Source: an uncultured Lachnospiraceae bacterium
GTDB taxonomy: Bacteria; Bacillota; Clostridia; Lachnospirales; Lachnospiraceae
DNA length: 35,745 bases
Assembly: GCA_964653815.1 (NCBI GenBank)
Contig: CAZZHJ010000002.1
Location: 1-35,745, forward strand
Reading direction: 5' to 3'
The notes below the pieces were generated by a model. It searched no databases. It saw only the letters and a program-made list of their open reading frames with translations, and was not told the origin of the DNA. The number at the start of each line of letters is the position of its first letter. Within the stretch, counting starts at the first letter, position 1. Position numbers and translations under genes: made by a program. Of this stretch, positions 26,170 to 34,848 are shown one piece after another.

Positions 26170-27581
26170 ATAAAAACAAACTAAAAGTCAGCGAAATTTT
26201 GGGATACGCTGTGGGAGGCATCGGAGATGCGACCTCTTACAATTTTGTAATTGCATTATTTTCGTTTTTTATGACTACAATTGCAGGTATCAGTCCGGCT
26301 GTGGCAGGTATGATCATATCGGCAGGCGTTGTCTGGGATGCTGTTACCGATCCTGTTGTGGGATATTTAATAGATAATACGAAGGGAAGATACGGAAAAA
26401 GAAGACCCTGGATGCTGGGTTCGGCAATTCCTTTGGGGGCTGCCATGATTCTGATGTTTTTAAAGGTGGATCTTCCCCAGACACAAAAGATTGCTTATTA
26501 CCTCATTATGGTATTTGTGTTCTGGCTGTCCTATACGGCATTTAACATTGCATATTATTCCTTTGGATCTGTCATTACCGAAGACGACAGCGAAAGAGTA
26601 AAGGTGCAGGCATACAGGAATGTATTAAGCTATGTGGGGCTCTTCTGCGCCAGCTCGGTGCCTACCTTTGGAGTGGCAAAGCTGGTGGAAAAAGGATTTA
26701 CAGACGGAGATGCATGGTCCATTATGGCGGTGGTGGCAGCGGTTATTTCCGTTGTATCTATCATTCTGATGTGGAAATTTACAAGAGGAAAGGAATCGGC
26801 GGAAGAAGTAAGCAATAACCGGGAAAAAATGAATGTGGGCGGATTTTTTAAAGACATTGTGTGCCTGATGAAAATGAAGCCTTATCTGCTCATTATTGTG
26901 TGTGCGCTTCTTGCAAATATTTATATGACGCTTTTCAATTCCAGTCTGCTGTATTATGTCTGCTACAACATGGGATTGAGCGAGGCTCAGGCTTCCATGA
27001 TGTTTACTACCAGTAATATTGTAGCCATCCTGTTCAGTCCTGTTATCGCAAAGCTGGTAGAAAGATTTAATAAAACTAATGTTTTTGTAGGGACAATGGT
27101 CTTCAGCGGTCTGGTAATGATCATCGCAAAGTTTACAGGCATTCCGTCTATAGCTGTAGGATGTGTGTATGTAGCTCTTACCGGTCTTGGAACCTGTGCA
27201 TACTGGCTGTGTATTTTCAACTTCCTGTTTGATGTGGTGGATTATAACGAGTTTAAGACGGGAACCCGCCGGGACGGAATCATTATGTCATACTATTCTT
27301 TCCTGTTAAAACTGGGCGGAGCTGCGGCAGCGGCAGTTCAGGGCATCCTTTTGGAAAAGAGCGGATTTAATGTGGAGCTGGCTGTACAAAACGAATCTGC
27401 ATTAGGTATGATTGAAACCATGTTTACTATTCTGCCGGGTATTATCATGATAGGCTCCGGACTTGTAATGCTTTTAACACCCTTGAAGGATAAAGAAATG
27501 GATATTCTTAGAATTGAATTGGACAAAAAACGTGCCGGCGAAGAATATTCCGCAGAAAAATTTGCTTCTATTATGAAATGA
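26166..27581 (+). CDS. MFS transporter, glycoside-pentoside-hexuronide (GPH):cation symporter family
   Basis: WDAVTDPVVGYLIDNTKGRYGKRRPW and DVVDYNEFKTGTRRDG motifs; about 12 TM helices. Confidence 0.93.
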   Translation: MNKNKLKVSEILGYAVGGIGDATSYNFVIALFSFFMTTIAGISPAVAGMIISAGVVWDAVTDPVVGYLIDNTKGRYGKRRPWMLGSAIPLGAAMILMFLKVDLPQTQKIAYYLIMVFVFWLSYTAFNIAYYSFGSVITEDDSERVKVQAYRNVLSYVGLFCASSVPTFGVAKLVEKGFTDGDAWSIMAVVAAVISVVSIILMWKFTRGKESAEEVSNNREKMNVGGFFKDIVCLMKMKPYLLIIVCALLANIYMTLFNSSLLYYVCYNMGLSEAQASMMFTTSNIVAILFSPVIAKLVERFNKTNVFVGTMVFSGLVMIIAKFTGIPSIAVGCVYVALTGLGTCAYWLCIFNFLFDVVDYNEFKTGTRRDGIIMSYYSFLLKLGGAAAAAVQGILLEKSGFNVELAVQNESALGMIETMFTILPGIIMIGSGLVMLLTPLKDKEMDILRIELDKKRAGEEYSAEKFASIMK

Positions 27582-27640
27582 TAAATAAAACGTTAAACGA
27601 GACTAACAATAAATAATATTTTAAAACAGGAGGAATAAAA

Positions 27641-28492
27641 ATGAACCAAAACAAAGCAGCAGTGGTTATGCAGACAGATTTCGGAAAAGGAATTGCTGTA
27701 TGTACCATGCAGGGAGTATGCACTATGGTTGATAAGGAATTAAGGGTATTTGATTGTTCCCACGATATTAATAATTTTGATACGTATCAGGCATCCATTT
27801 CTCTGGATTACATTGTGGATTTCTGGCCAACAGGTACCGTATTCATTTCTGTTGTAGACCCGGGTGTAGGGACAAGCCGCCGTGCCAGCGTGGCAAAACT
27901 GAAAAACGGAAGCTATGTAGTAACGCCTGATAACGGAACATTGACACATTTAAAGGAACGAATCGGTATTGAGGAAATTCGCATTATAGACGAAAAAGTC
28001 AACCGTTTAAAAAATACGGAGAAATGCAATATTTTCCATGGAAGAGATTTATTTGCATATTGCGGGGCCAGGCTGGCATCGGGAATTATTACATTTGAAG
28101 AAGTAGGGCCTGCTTATAATGTAAATGAAATTGTAACCCATGAACTTCTTCCCTATAAGGTAGAGGAATCTGTAATAACAGGTATGATTGCCAATGCGGA
28201 TTATCATTTCGGCTTAATCTGTTCCAATATACCGGCGGAAGTTTTTGAAACGGAAAATATCCGGCACGGGGATTATGTCCATGTAACCATCCAAAAGAAA
28301 GGGCAGGAAGCTCCTGCATTTGAAGGGGAAGTTCCTTTTTGCCAGTCATTCGGCTTTGTGAAAGAAGGAGAACCCTTGCTGATGGTAAGCGAATCGTTAC
28401 ACATCCAGGCGGCGTTAAACTGTGCCAACATGGCGGAAAAATATGATTTACACGCAGGAAGCGACTGGACAATGAAAATAGAAAAATCTTAA
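27641..28492 (+). CDS. SAM hydroxide adenosyltransferase (DUF62, SAM hydrolase / halogenase superfamily) paralog 1
   Basis: QTDFG, VVDPGVGTSRR, TPDNG, FHGRDLF. Confidence 0.92.
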   Translation: MNQNKAAVVMQTDFGKGIAVCTMQGVCTMVDKELRVFDCSHDINNFDTYQASISLDYIVDFWPTGTVFISVVDPGVGTSRRASVAKLKNGSYVVTPDNGTLTHLKERIGIEEIRIIDEKVNRLKNTEKCNIFHGRDLFAYCGARLASGIITFEEVGPAYNVNEIVTHELLPYKVEESVITGMIANADYHFGLICSNIPAEVFETENIRHGDYVHVTIQKKGQEAPAFEGEVPFCQSFGFVKEGEPLLMVSESLHIQAALNCANMAEKYDLHAGSDWTMKIEKS

Positions 28493-28503
28493 GGAGGATG
28501 AAT

Positions 28504-29367
28504 ATGAAACCTGTTATTGTAATGCAGTCAGATTTTGGAACAGATTCCGGTTTGGTATCATGTATGCACGGAATTTGCAAAATTGTGGACCCTCAGTTAC
28601 AGATATTTGATATCACACATGTTTTACCCGCTTTTGATATTGAAGCTGCTTCTTTCTGCCTTCAGTATACGGTTCCATGCTGGCCCGAGGGAACGGTATT
28701 TGTTTCTGTAGTAGATCCCGGAGTCGGAACTGACAGGCGTGCCAGTGTGGCAAAATTGAAAAATGGAAGCTATGTGGTAACACCGGACAACGGAGCCCTT
28801 ACTTATTTGCATCAGATGATTGGCGTAGAAGAAATAAGGGAAATAGACGAGACCGTAAACCGTTATCCGAAAACTATGGAAATCAGCGTTTTCCACGGAC
28901 GGGATTTGTTTTCTTACTGTGCGGCAAGGCTTGCGTCGGGTCTGATTACTTTTGAAGAAGTGGGGCCTGAATATCCCTTAGAAGAAATCGTATTGCACAA
29001 AACTTATGCATCCTGCAAAAAAGGTAATGGCGTGGAAGGAAGCATCTTATGGTTTGACCCCTTCGGCAGCGCTGGTACATCTATTAAAAATGCTGACCTT
29101 GCACAGTGCGGCTTTAAAATCGGCGATAAAGCAATAGTGAAAATATATGATGAATCCACACTGTTGTTTGAAGGAATCATTCCATATGAGAAGTCCTTTG
29201 GATACGTTAAAAAGGGAAATCCGGTAATTTTTAACGGACTTACCTCTTTTGTGACCATTGCCGTAAATGAAGGCAGTTTTGCAGACCGGTATCAATTAAA
29301 TCAGGAAAAAGTATATAGAGTAGAAATTATAGAAAGGGGTAAAGATGTGGACACAGAATATTCCTAA
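28504..29367 (+). CDS. SAM hydroxide adenosyltransferase (DUF62) paralog 2
   Basis: QSDFG, VVDPGVGTDRR, TPDNG, FHGRDLF. Start 28504 preferred because ATG 28498 abuts the AAGGAGG RBS. Confidence 0.92.
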   Translation: MKPVIVMQSDFGTDSGLVSCMHGICKIVDPQLQIFDITHVLPAFDIEAASFCLQYTVPCWPEGTVFVSVVDPGVGTDRRASVAKLKNGSYVVTPDNGALTYLHQMIGVEEIREIDETVNRYPKTMEISVFHGRDLFSYCAARLASGLITFEEVGPEYPLEEIVLHKTYASCKKGNGVEGSILWFDPFGSAGTSIKNADLAQCGFKIGDKAIVKIYDESTLLFEGIIPYEKSFGYVKKGNPVIFNGLTSFVTIAVNEGSFADRYQLNQEKVYRVEIIERGKDVDTEYS

Positions 29368-30340
29368 AGTAGAACTTCATTGTCATCTGGACGGTTCCAT
29401 TCCCCTGTCTGTTATTAAAGGACTGTGTCAAAAAGAAAAAATTGCCATACCCGGAAGTGAAAAGGCATTCCGCAAACTGGTGGAAGCCGATGAAAATTGC
29501 AAAAGCTTATGTGAATACTTAGAGGCTTTTAAACTTCCTTTGTCCTGTCTGGCAACAGAAGAGTCCTTTTATGAGGCGGCTTATGGAGAGGCTTTGGAAG
29601 CATCAAAAGAAGGCGTGCTTTATCAGGAACTCCGTTTTTCTCCCCTTTTATCAGAAAAGCCGGGACTTTCTTCAGAAAGTATCATAGAAGCTGCCATAGA
29701 AGGACTTGTCAGGGCAAAAGCGGAATGTGGAATACATGTGGAACTGCTTTTGTGCGGAATGCGTCATTTCACGGAGGCACAGAATTTCCGGATTCTGGAA
29801 CTAACAAAAAAATATCTGTCCTGGGGCGTATGTGGTGCAGACCTTGCAGGAGATGAGGCGGCATTTGCAAACGAAAAATTTCTCTCTTATTTTAAACGCG
29901 CATCCGCAATGGATATTCCTTTTACGGTGCATGCAGGAGAGTGCAGAAGAGCAAAGAATATTGAAATTGCAGTTTTGGAGGGGGCCCGCAGAATAGGTCA
30001 TGGAATTGCAATGAGTGGAAATGAACAGCTTTTGGAAATACTTTGTAAAAAGAATATCGGGGTAGAATTGTGCCCCAACAGCAATGTGCAGACAAAAGCA
30101 GTTTCTTCATGGCAGGATTATCCTTTCAGAGAATTTCTGGAACGGGGAATCAAAATATCTATTAACACGGATAACCGCACTGTTACCAATACAACCATTA
30201 CAAATGAGTTAAATGTGTTAAAAGAGAAATTTGCTCTGACAATAGAGGAGGCGGCAGCTATTATGAAACAGGCCATGGAAACGTCTTTTGCAGAAGAAAG
30301 CCTGAAAAAGGACATTATCAAAAAACTATCGTCTGATTGA
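29345..30340 (+). CDS. add: Adenosine deaminase family protein
   Basis: PKVELHCHLDGS, TVHAGE, RIGHG, ELCPNSN and INTDN amidohydrolase motifs. Confidence 0.93.
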   Translation: MWTQNIPKVELHCHLDGSIPLSVIKGLCQKEKIAIPGSEKAFRKLVEADENCKSLCEYLEAFKLPLSCLATEESFYEAAYGEALEASKEGVLYQELRFSPLLSEKPGLSSESIIEAAIEGLVRAKAECGIHVELLLCGMRHFTEAQNFRILELTKKYLSWGVCGADLAGDEAAFANEKFLSYFKRASAMDIPFTVHAGECRRAKNIEIAVLEGARRIGHGIAMSGNEQLLEILCKKNIGVELCPNSNVQTKAVSSWQDYPFREFLERGIKISINTDNRTVTNTTITNELNVLKEKFALTIEEAAAIMKQAMETSFAEESLKKDIIKKLSSD

Positions 30341-30400
30341 TCTTATGAATAAAATAGAATAGTTTTGTAATAATGCAGAAATAGTAAACTGATTTAGAAT

Positions 30401-30447
30401 GGCGCTCCGGGCAGCATAAAGAATGGCTGTCAGGAGCGTTTTACTTT
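30401..30447 (+). terminator. Intrinsic terminator closing the GNAT-MFS-DUF62-DUF62-add operon
   Basis: GGCGCTCC-G-GGCAGC ... GCTGTC-A-GGAGCGTT stem followed by TTACTTT. Confidence 0.65.
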
Positions 30448-30614
30448 GTTACGGCAGTTCCATCTGCAGTCCGGAATCCGATTTCTGCTCAAAAGGCATC
30501 CATAGAATGACGGTAGAAAACAATCTGTTTCAGATGATAATTAAGATAAACTTAAGGTAAAAGCAAATAAAATATGTTAGAATAAATAAAAAGTGCAGAA
30601 AGGAAACGTTAGCC

Positions 30615-31049
30615 ATGATTAGAGAAATCAATGAAAATGATTACGATGGGTTGATGAAATTGTATATGCAGCTTCATGATAATCCCTTTCCGGTCAAAGA
30701 TGAAAAAATGCTGAACTTATGGAACCGGATTTTAAATGATAAAGACCATCATATTATTGTGGCGGAAAAAGACGGTAAAATCGTATCTTCCTGTGTCTGC
30801 GTTATTATACCTAATTTAACCCACGGACAGCAGCCATATGCATTTGTGGAAAATGTAATTACCGATGAAAACTACCGTAAGCAGGGACTGGCAACAGAAT
30901 GTCTGAATTATGCCAGAGAACTGGCGGTAAAAGAAAATTGTTATAAGTTAATGCTGCTTACCGGTTCCAAATCGGAAAGCACCCTTAAATTTTATGAACA
31001 GGCAGGCTATAACCGAAAAGATAAAACAGCATTTATCCAATGGATTTAA
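30615..31049 (+). CDS. GNAT family N-acetyltransferase
   Basis: IIPNLTHGQQPYAFVENVIT, YRKQGLA, CYKLML, FYEQAGY. Confidence 0.92.
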   Translation: MIREINENDYDGLMKLYMQLHDNPFPVKDEKMLNLWNRILNDKDHHIIVAEKDGKIVSSCVCVIIPNLTHGQQPYAFVENVITDENYRKQGLATECLNYARELAVKENCYKLMLLTGSKSESTLKFYEQAGYNRKDKTAFIQWI

Positions 31050-31086
31050 GGCTTAAAACATGAGAGATAAGACCGTTTTATAGGAC

Positions 31087-31149
31087 ACCTCTTTTGCTAG
31101 ACTAAAACAAGTAACAGGAACATTTTAGTTTGGCAAGGAGGTTTTATTT
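31087..31149 (+). terminator. Long hairpin (terminator-like) that also covers the RBS of the small ORF
   Basis: ACCTCTTTTGCTAGACTAAAA (31087-31107) pairs with TTTTAGTTTGGCAAGGAGGT (31123-31142) using G-U pairs, followed by TTTATTT. Confidence 0.55.
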
Positions 31150-31257
31150 ATGAAAGGATATGTGGTGACAGACGGATATATGGGATTTACGGGAAGCGGA
31201 TATATGCTTTTTGCAAGTGAAGAAGATTACAGAGAATATATGGAAGATGCAGCTTAA
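31150..31257 (+). CDS. Small protein, 35 aa (not in ORF track)
   Basis: AAGGAGG RBS then MKGYVVTDGYMGFTGSGYMLFASEEDYREYMEDAA. Confidence 0.75.
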   Translation: MKGYVVTDGYMGFTGSGYMLFASEEDYREYMEDAA

Positions 31258-31271
31258 AATGAAAAATCCTC

Positions 31272-31330
31272 TTGACAGAAAAAATATTCATGCTATTATA
31301 TAGATAATCGATATATAGATTGTCGATACA
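31272..31330 (+). promoter_or_regulatory. SigA promoter and likely PadR autoregulatory operator
   Basis: TTGACA-N16-TATTAT with extended TG, followed by tandem imperfect repeats ATAGATAATCGATAT / ATAGATTGTCGATAC. Confidence 0.6.
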
Positions 31331-31381
31331 ATAGCGCGCAATGAATAACGATCAACAAAATTGATGACAGGAGGAAAAGAA

Positions 31382-31723
31382 ATGCCCATAGACAAAAGTT
31401 TACTTTCAGGAAGCACCACCATGCTGCTTCTAAAATTATTATCAGAAAAAGATATGTATGGTTATGAAATGATTGAAACCTTACAAAAGCGTTCCCAGAA
31501 TGTCTTTGTCTTAAAAGCGGGGACTTTGTACCCTTTGCTTCACTCTTTGGAAGAAAAAGGATATTTGACCGTTTACGAAAAAGAAGCGTCCGGGAAGGTA
31601 AGAAAATATTACAGCATTACAAAAGAAGGGAAAAGCTTTTTAAAGGTTAAACAGGAGGAATGGAAAGAGTATTCCGGTGCGGTTGCCGATGTGTTGGGAG
31701 GTGCAGTTTATGGAATTGCATGA
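31382..31723 (+). CDS. PadR family transcriptional regulator
   Basis: DMYGYEMI, KAGTLYPLLHSLE, RKYYSITKEG. Start ATG 31382 after AGGAGG. Confidence 0.94.
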   Translation: MPIDKSLLSGSTTMLLLKLLSEKDMYGYEMIETLQKRSQNVFVLKAGTLYPLLHSLEEKGYLTVYEKEASGKVRKYYSITKEGKSFLKVKQEEWKEYSGAVADVLGGAVYGIA

Positions 31724-33071
31724 ATATCTTGACACGCTTTCGGAACAGATTCGCTGCAAGAAAGCCCGTCCCATGATTGTAGAAGAAATAGAAAACCATA
31801 TTAGTGACCAGACCGAGGCCTACATAAAAAGTGGAATGGAAGAAGACGAAGCGGTAAAAAAGGCTGTTTTGGAAATGGGCGATCCTGTAGAAACAGGAGT
31901 GGCATTAGACCGGGTTCACAGGCCCAGAATGCAGTGGGAGCTTATTATATTAGCGGCTTTGCTGAGTATTATCGGCTTAGTGATGCAGATTATTATTTTT
32001 AAAGTCGGATGTCTTTCCAACGATGTCAATGTAACGACTATCAGGGATAGTTTTATCGGCAATGCAGTTTTGAATACGCTCATAGGTTTTGTGGTAATAG
32101 CAATTATATGTGCTGTTGATTATACCTTTTTGGGAAAACACCCTGTAGCAATCTGGTGTGTTGCCTGTGTCTGCCTTTTGATAAACCATTTTATACGAAA
32201 TTCTATGGCGTACTCTTTGCGCTTTACTTTTGGATATTATATTGTTACATTAATGACGCCTATGTTTGCGGCAGTGGTTTTCTGCTATAGAGGAAAAGGA
32301 ATAAAGGGCTTATTAAAATGCATTGCTCTTTATGGCGTAGCAATGTTTCTTCTTGTCCCCACCTTGTCAACTGCAGGAGGAACAGTAGAATTATTCATAG
32401 CTGCCCTTTTCATTTTGACCGTTTCCATTATAAAGGGATGGTTTGGAGAAAGGAAGGCAAGTAAGCTTGCCCTTATATGGATTCCCGCCATAGCTTTCCC
32501 AGGGATACTAATAGCTTCCGCATTTCATATGGAAGGCGGTTTGTTTCTCCATGAGTATCAGGCAGCAAGAATCAGGTCAATATTTACGCAGACCGAGGAA
32601 TCCTATTATATAGAAGTAATAAAAGAAGAACTGAACCATATCAGTCTTTTTGGAAATAAAGAACTGCCGCTTACGTCGCTTCCCGCTATTCAGAATGATT
32701 ATGTAGTAACATCTATGCTGATGTATTTTGGAGTGGCATTTACCGTGGCAGTTTTGGGAATCGTTGCATACTTTTTGTGGAAAGGATTCCGGTTAAGTTT
32801 TAAGCAAAAAAATCAGCTGGGTTCAATGATTAGCCTTGGCTGTGTATGCCTGCTGTCCGTAAAAAGTATTCTCTATCTTTTTTCCAATATAGCCGTTTTC
32901 AATGTTTTTGCCCAGATGAGCATGCCGTTTTTATCCTATGGTCTGGGGAATGCGGTTGTCAATGGAGTACTGACAGGATTATTGCTGAGCGTATACCGTA
33001 ATACAGATATTGTTTCTGAAAAGAGAATAAAACCCCGTTATGTATTCCGCTCTCCTATACAAAAGGTTTAA
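31710..33071 (+). CDS. FtsW/RodA/SpoVE (SEDS) family protein with N-terminal permease-prefix/HAAS-like domain
   Basis: EEIENHI...AVLEMGDPVETG prefix domain; YQAARI, LPAIQNDYV and MPFLSYG SEDS motifs. Start ATG 31710 after GGAGG. Confidence 0.85.
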   Translation: MELHEYLDTLSEQIRCKKARPMIVEEIENHISDQTEAYIKSGMEEDEAVKKAVLEMGDPVETGVALDRVHRPRMQWELIILAALLSIIGLVMQIIIFKVGCLSNDVNVTTIRDSFIGNAVLNTLIGFVVIAIICAVDYTFLGKHPVAIWCVACVCLLINHFIRNSMAYSLRFTFGYYIVTLMTPMFAAVVFCYRGKGIKGLLKCIALYGVAMFLLVPTLSTAGGTVELFIAALFILTVSIIKGWFGERKASKLALIWIPAIAFPGILIASAFHMEGGLFLHEYQAARIRSIFTQTEESYYIEVIKEELNHISLFGNKELPLTSLPAIQNDYVVTSMLMYFGVAFTVAVLGIVAYFLWKGFRLSFKQKNQLGSMISLGCVCLLSVKSILYLFSNIAVFNVFAQMSMPFLSYGLGNAVVNGVLTGLLLSVYRNTDIVSEKRIKPRYVFRSPIQKV

Positions 33072-33108
33072 TAAATTTTAAATTAAATACTTGCACAGAA
33101 AAACTCCT

Positions 33109-33162
33109 AAAAAAGCCATATAACTGCTAAAAAATCAGAAAAAGCAGATATATGGCTTTTTT
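33109..33162. terminator. Terminator-like inverted repeat after the SEDS gene
   Basis: AAAAAAGCCATATA-A-CTGCT ... AGCAG-A-TATATGGCTTTTTT. Confidence 0.7.
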
Positions 33163-33164
33163 CG

Positions 33165-33193
33165 TTGAAATTGAAAGTAAAAATTTATATAAT
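33165..33193 (+). promoter_or_regulatory. SigA promoter of the fumarate hydratase genes
   Basis: TTGAAA-N17-TATAAT. Confidence 0.6.
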
Positions 33194-33276
33194 ATAAAAA
33201 GTGTGTTAGTATTATTTCCATAATAAATGTAAAAACAGATAAAATAGATATAAGGAATCGTGGAAAGGATAAAGCA

Positions 33277-34119
33277 ATGAGAACCATACAAATTTCAGAA
33301 GTGACGCAGAATATTAAAGAAATGTGTATTGAAGCCAATCATTTTCTTACAAAGGATATGAAAACGGCGTTGGAGGATGCCTGCGAAAAGGAAAAAGCGC
33401 CATTAGGGAAACAGATTTTGTGTCAGCTTCAGGAAAATCTGAATATTGCGGGAGAGGATATGATTCCCATTTGCCAGGACACGGGAATGGCAGTTATTTT
33501 TATGGAAGTGGGACAAGATGTTCACTTTGAAGGAGGTTCTCTGGAAGATGCCGTTCATGAAGGGGTCAGAAAAGGTTATGTGGAAGGATTTCTTCGAAAA
33601 TCAGTAGTAAAGGATCCCTTAATCAGGGAAAACACAAAAGATAATACCCCGGCAGTCATTCATTATGAAATTGTTCCCGGAGATAAGCTTAAAATAACAG
33701 TTGCACCTAAGGGGTTCGGCAGCGAAAATATGAGCCGTGTATTTATGCTGAAGCCGGCTGACGGCATCGAAGGTGTAAAGAACGCCATATTAACAGCTGT
33801 TAAAGATGCAGGTCCTAATGCCTGTCCGCCTATGGTAGTGGGAGTTGGAGTGGGAGGCACTTTTGAAAAATGTGCTTTGATGGCCAAAAAGGCTCTTACC
33901 AGACCGGTAGATGAACATTCCCCTATTCCATATGTAAAAGAAATGGAAGAAGAACTTTTAACCAGAATAAATAAAACCGGTATCGGGCCGGGGGGATTGG
34001 GAGGAACCACAACTGCCCTAGCAGTTAATATCAATACCTATCCCACCCATATTGCAGGACTTCCTGTGGCAGTTAATATTTGCTGCCATGTAAACAGACA
34101 CAGTGTCAGAGTGCTGTAA
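33277..34119 (+). CDS. Class I fumarate hydratase / L-tartrate dehydratase family, alpha subunit (Fe-S)
   Basis: PICQDTG, KGFGSEN, NACPP, NICCH. Confidence 0.93.
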   Translation: MRTIQISEVTQNIKEMCIEANHFLTKDMKTALEDACEKEKAPLGKQILCQLQENLNIAGEDMIPICQDTGMAVIFMEVGQDVHFEGGSLEDAVHEGVRKGYVEGFLRKSVVKDPLIRENTKDNTPAVIHYEIVPGDKLKITVAPKGFGSENMSRVFMLKPADGIEGVKNAILTAVKDAGPNACPPMVVGVGVGGTFEKCALMAKKALTRPVDEHSPIPYVKEMEEELLTRINKTGIGPGGLGGTTTALAVNINTYPTHIAGLPVAVNICCHVNRHSVRVL

Positions 34120-34162
34120 CAAACGTGGAAAATGTATAGAAAGATTTACGAGGGAAGAGAAA

Positions 34163-34714
34163 ATGGATCAATATATCAAAGCACCATTATCCGGAGAAGA
34201 TGCGGCAAAACTAAAATCGGGAGATTATGTTTATATAACCGGTACAATATATACTGCAAGGGATGCCGCTCATAAAAGAATGTATGAAGCTCTGCAGAAT
34301 AATCAGCCCCTGCCTATAGATATGGAAAATAACATTATTTATTATATGGGACCTTCACCGGCCAGAGAAGGAAGGCCTATCGGTTCCGCGGGACCTACTA
34401 CGGCAAGCCGAATGGATAAATACGCTCCTGAACTTTTGGATTTGGGACTGCGTGGAATGATCGGAAAAGGAAAAAGAACCGAAGCGGTCAGGGATGCCAT
34501 TGTAAGGAATGGCGCGGTGTATTTTGCGGCAGTAGGAGGCGCAGGCGCACTTTTATCCAAATCTATTTTATCATCGGAAGTAGTTGCTTATGACGATTTG
34601 GGAACAGAAGCAATCCGTAAATTGGAAGTGAAAGATTTTCCGGTTATTGTGGTTATAGACAAGGACGGCAACAATTTGTATGAAACCGCTGTCAAAGCTT
34701 ATGAGCAGGAATAA
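34163..34714 (+). CDS. Class I fumarate hydratase / tartrate dehydratase family, beta subunit
   Basis: TARDAAHKR, GPTTASRMD, MIGKG, VIDKDGNN. Start ATG 34163. Confidence 0.93.
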   Translation: MDQYIKAPLSGEDAAKLKSGDYVYITGTIYTARDAAHKRMYEALQNNQPLPIDMENNIIYYMGPSPAREGRPIGSAGPTTASRMDKYAPELLDLGLRGMIGKGKRTEAVRDAIVRNGAVYFAAVGGAGALLSKSILSSEVVAYDDLGTEAIRKLEVKDFPVIVVIDKDGNNLYETAVKAYEQE

Positions 34715-34848
34715 GACAAAGCGGATTTTGCATAAAACATAAAAATAAGAAATTTATTTGGAATGGATAAAATGAGTTTCTTCCTATATATATGTAAGAT
34801 GATTCTTTAGATATACCAGATATTGAGTTTGATAAGAAAGAGGTTTCT

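Noticed and set aside
27641-29367. Fluorinase/chlorinase (halogenase) assignment for the DUF62 pair
   Set aside because: Both have DPGVG, the conserved Arg and FHGRD (hydrolase triad), not the halide-pocket motifs of FlA (TFYSRE) or SalL (YGRD).
30445-30600. Possible gene remnant between add and the second GNAT
   Set aside because: Short open stretches exist, but I could find no RBS/start or recognisable protein motif.
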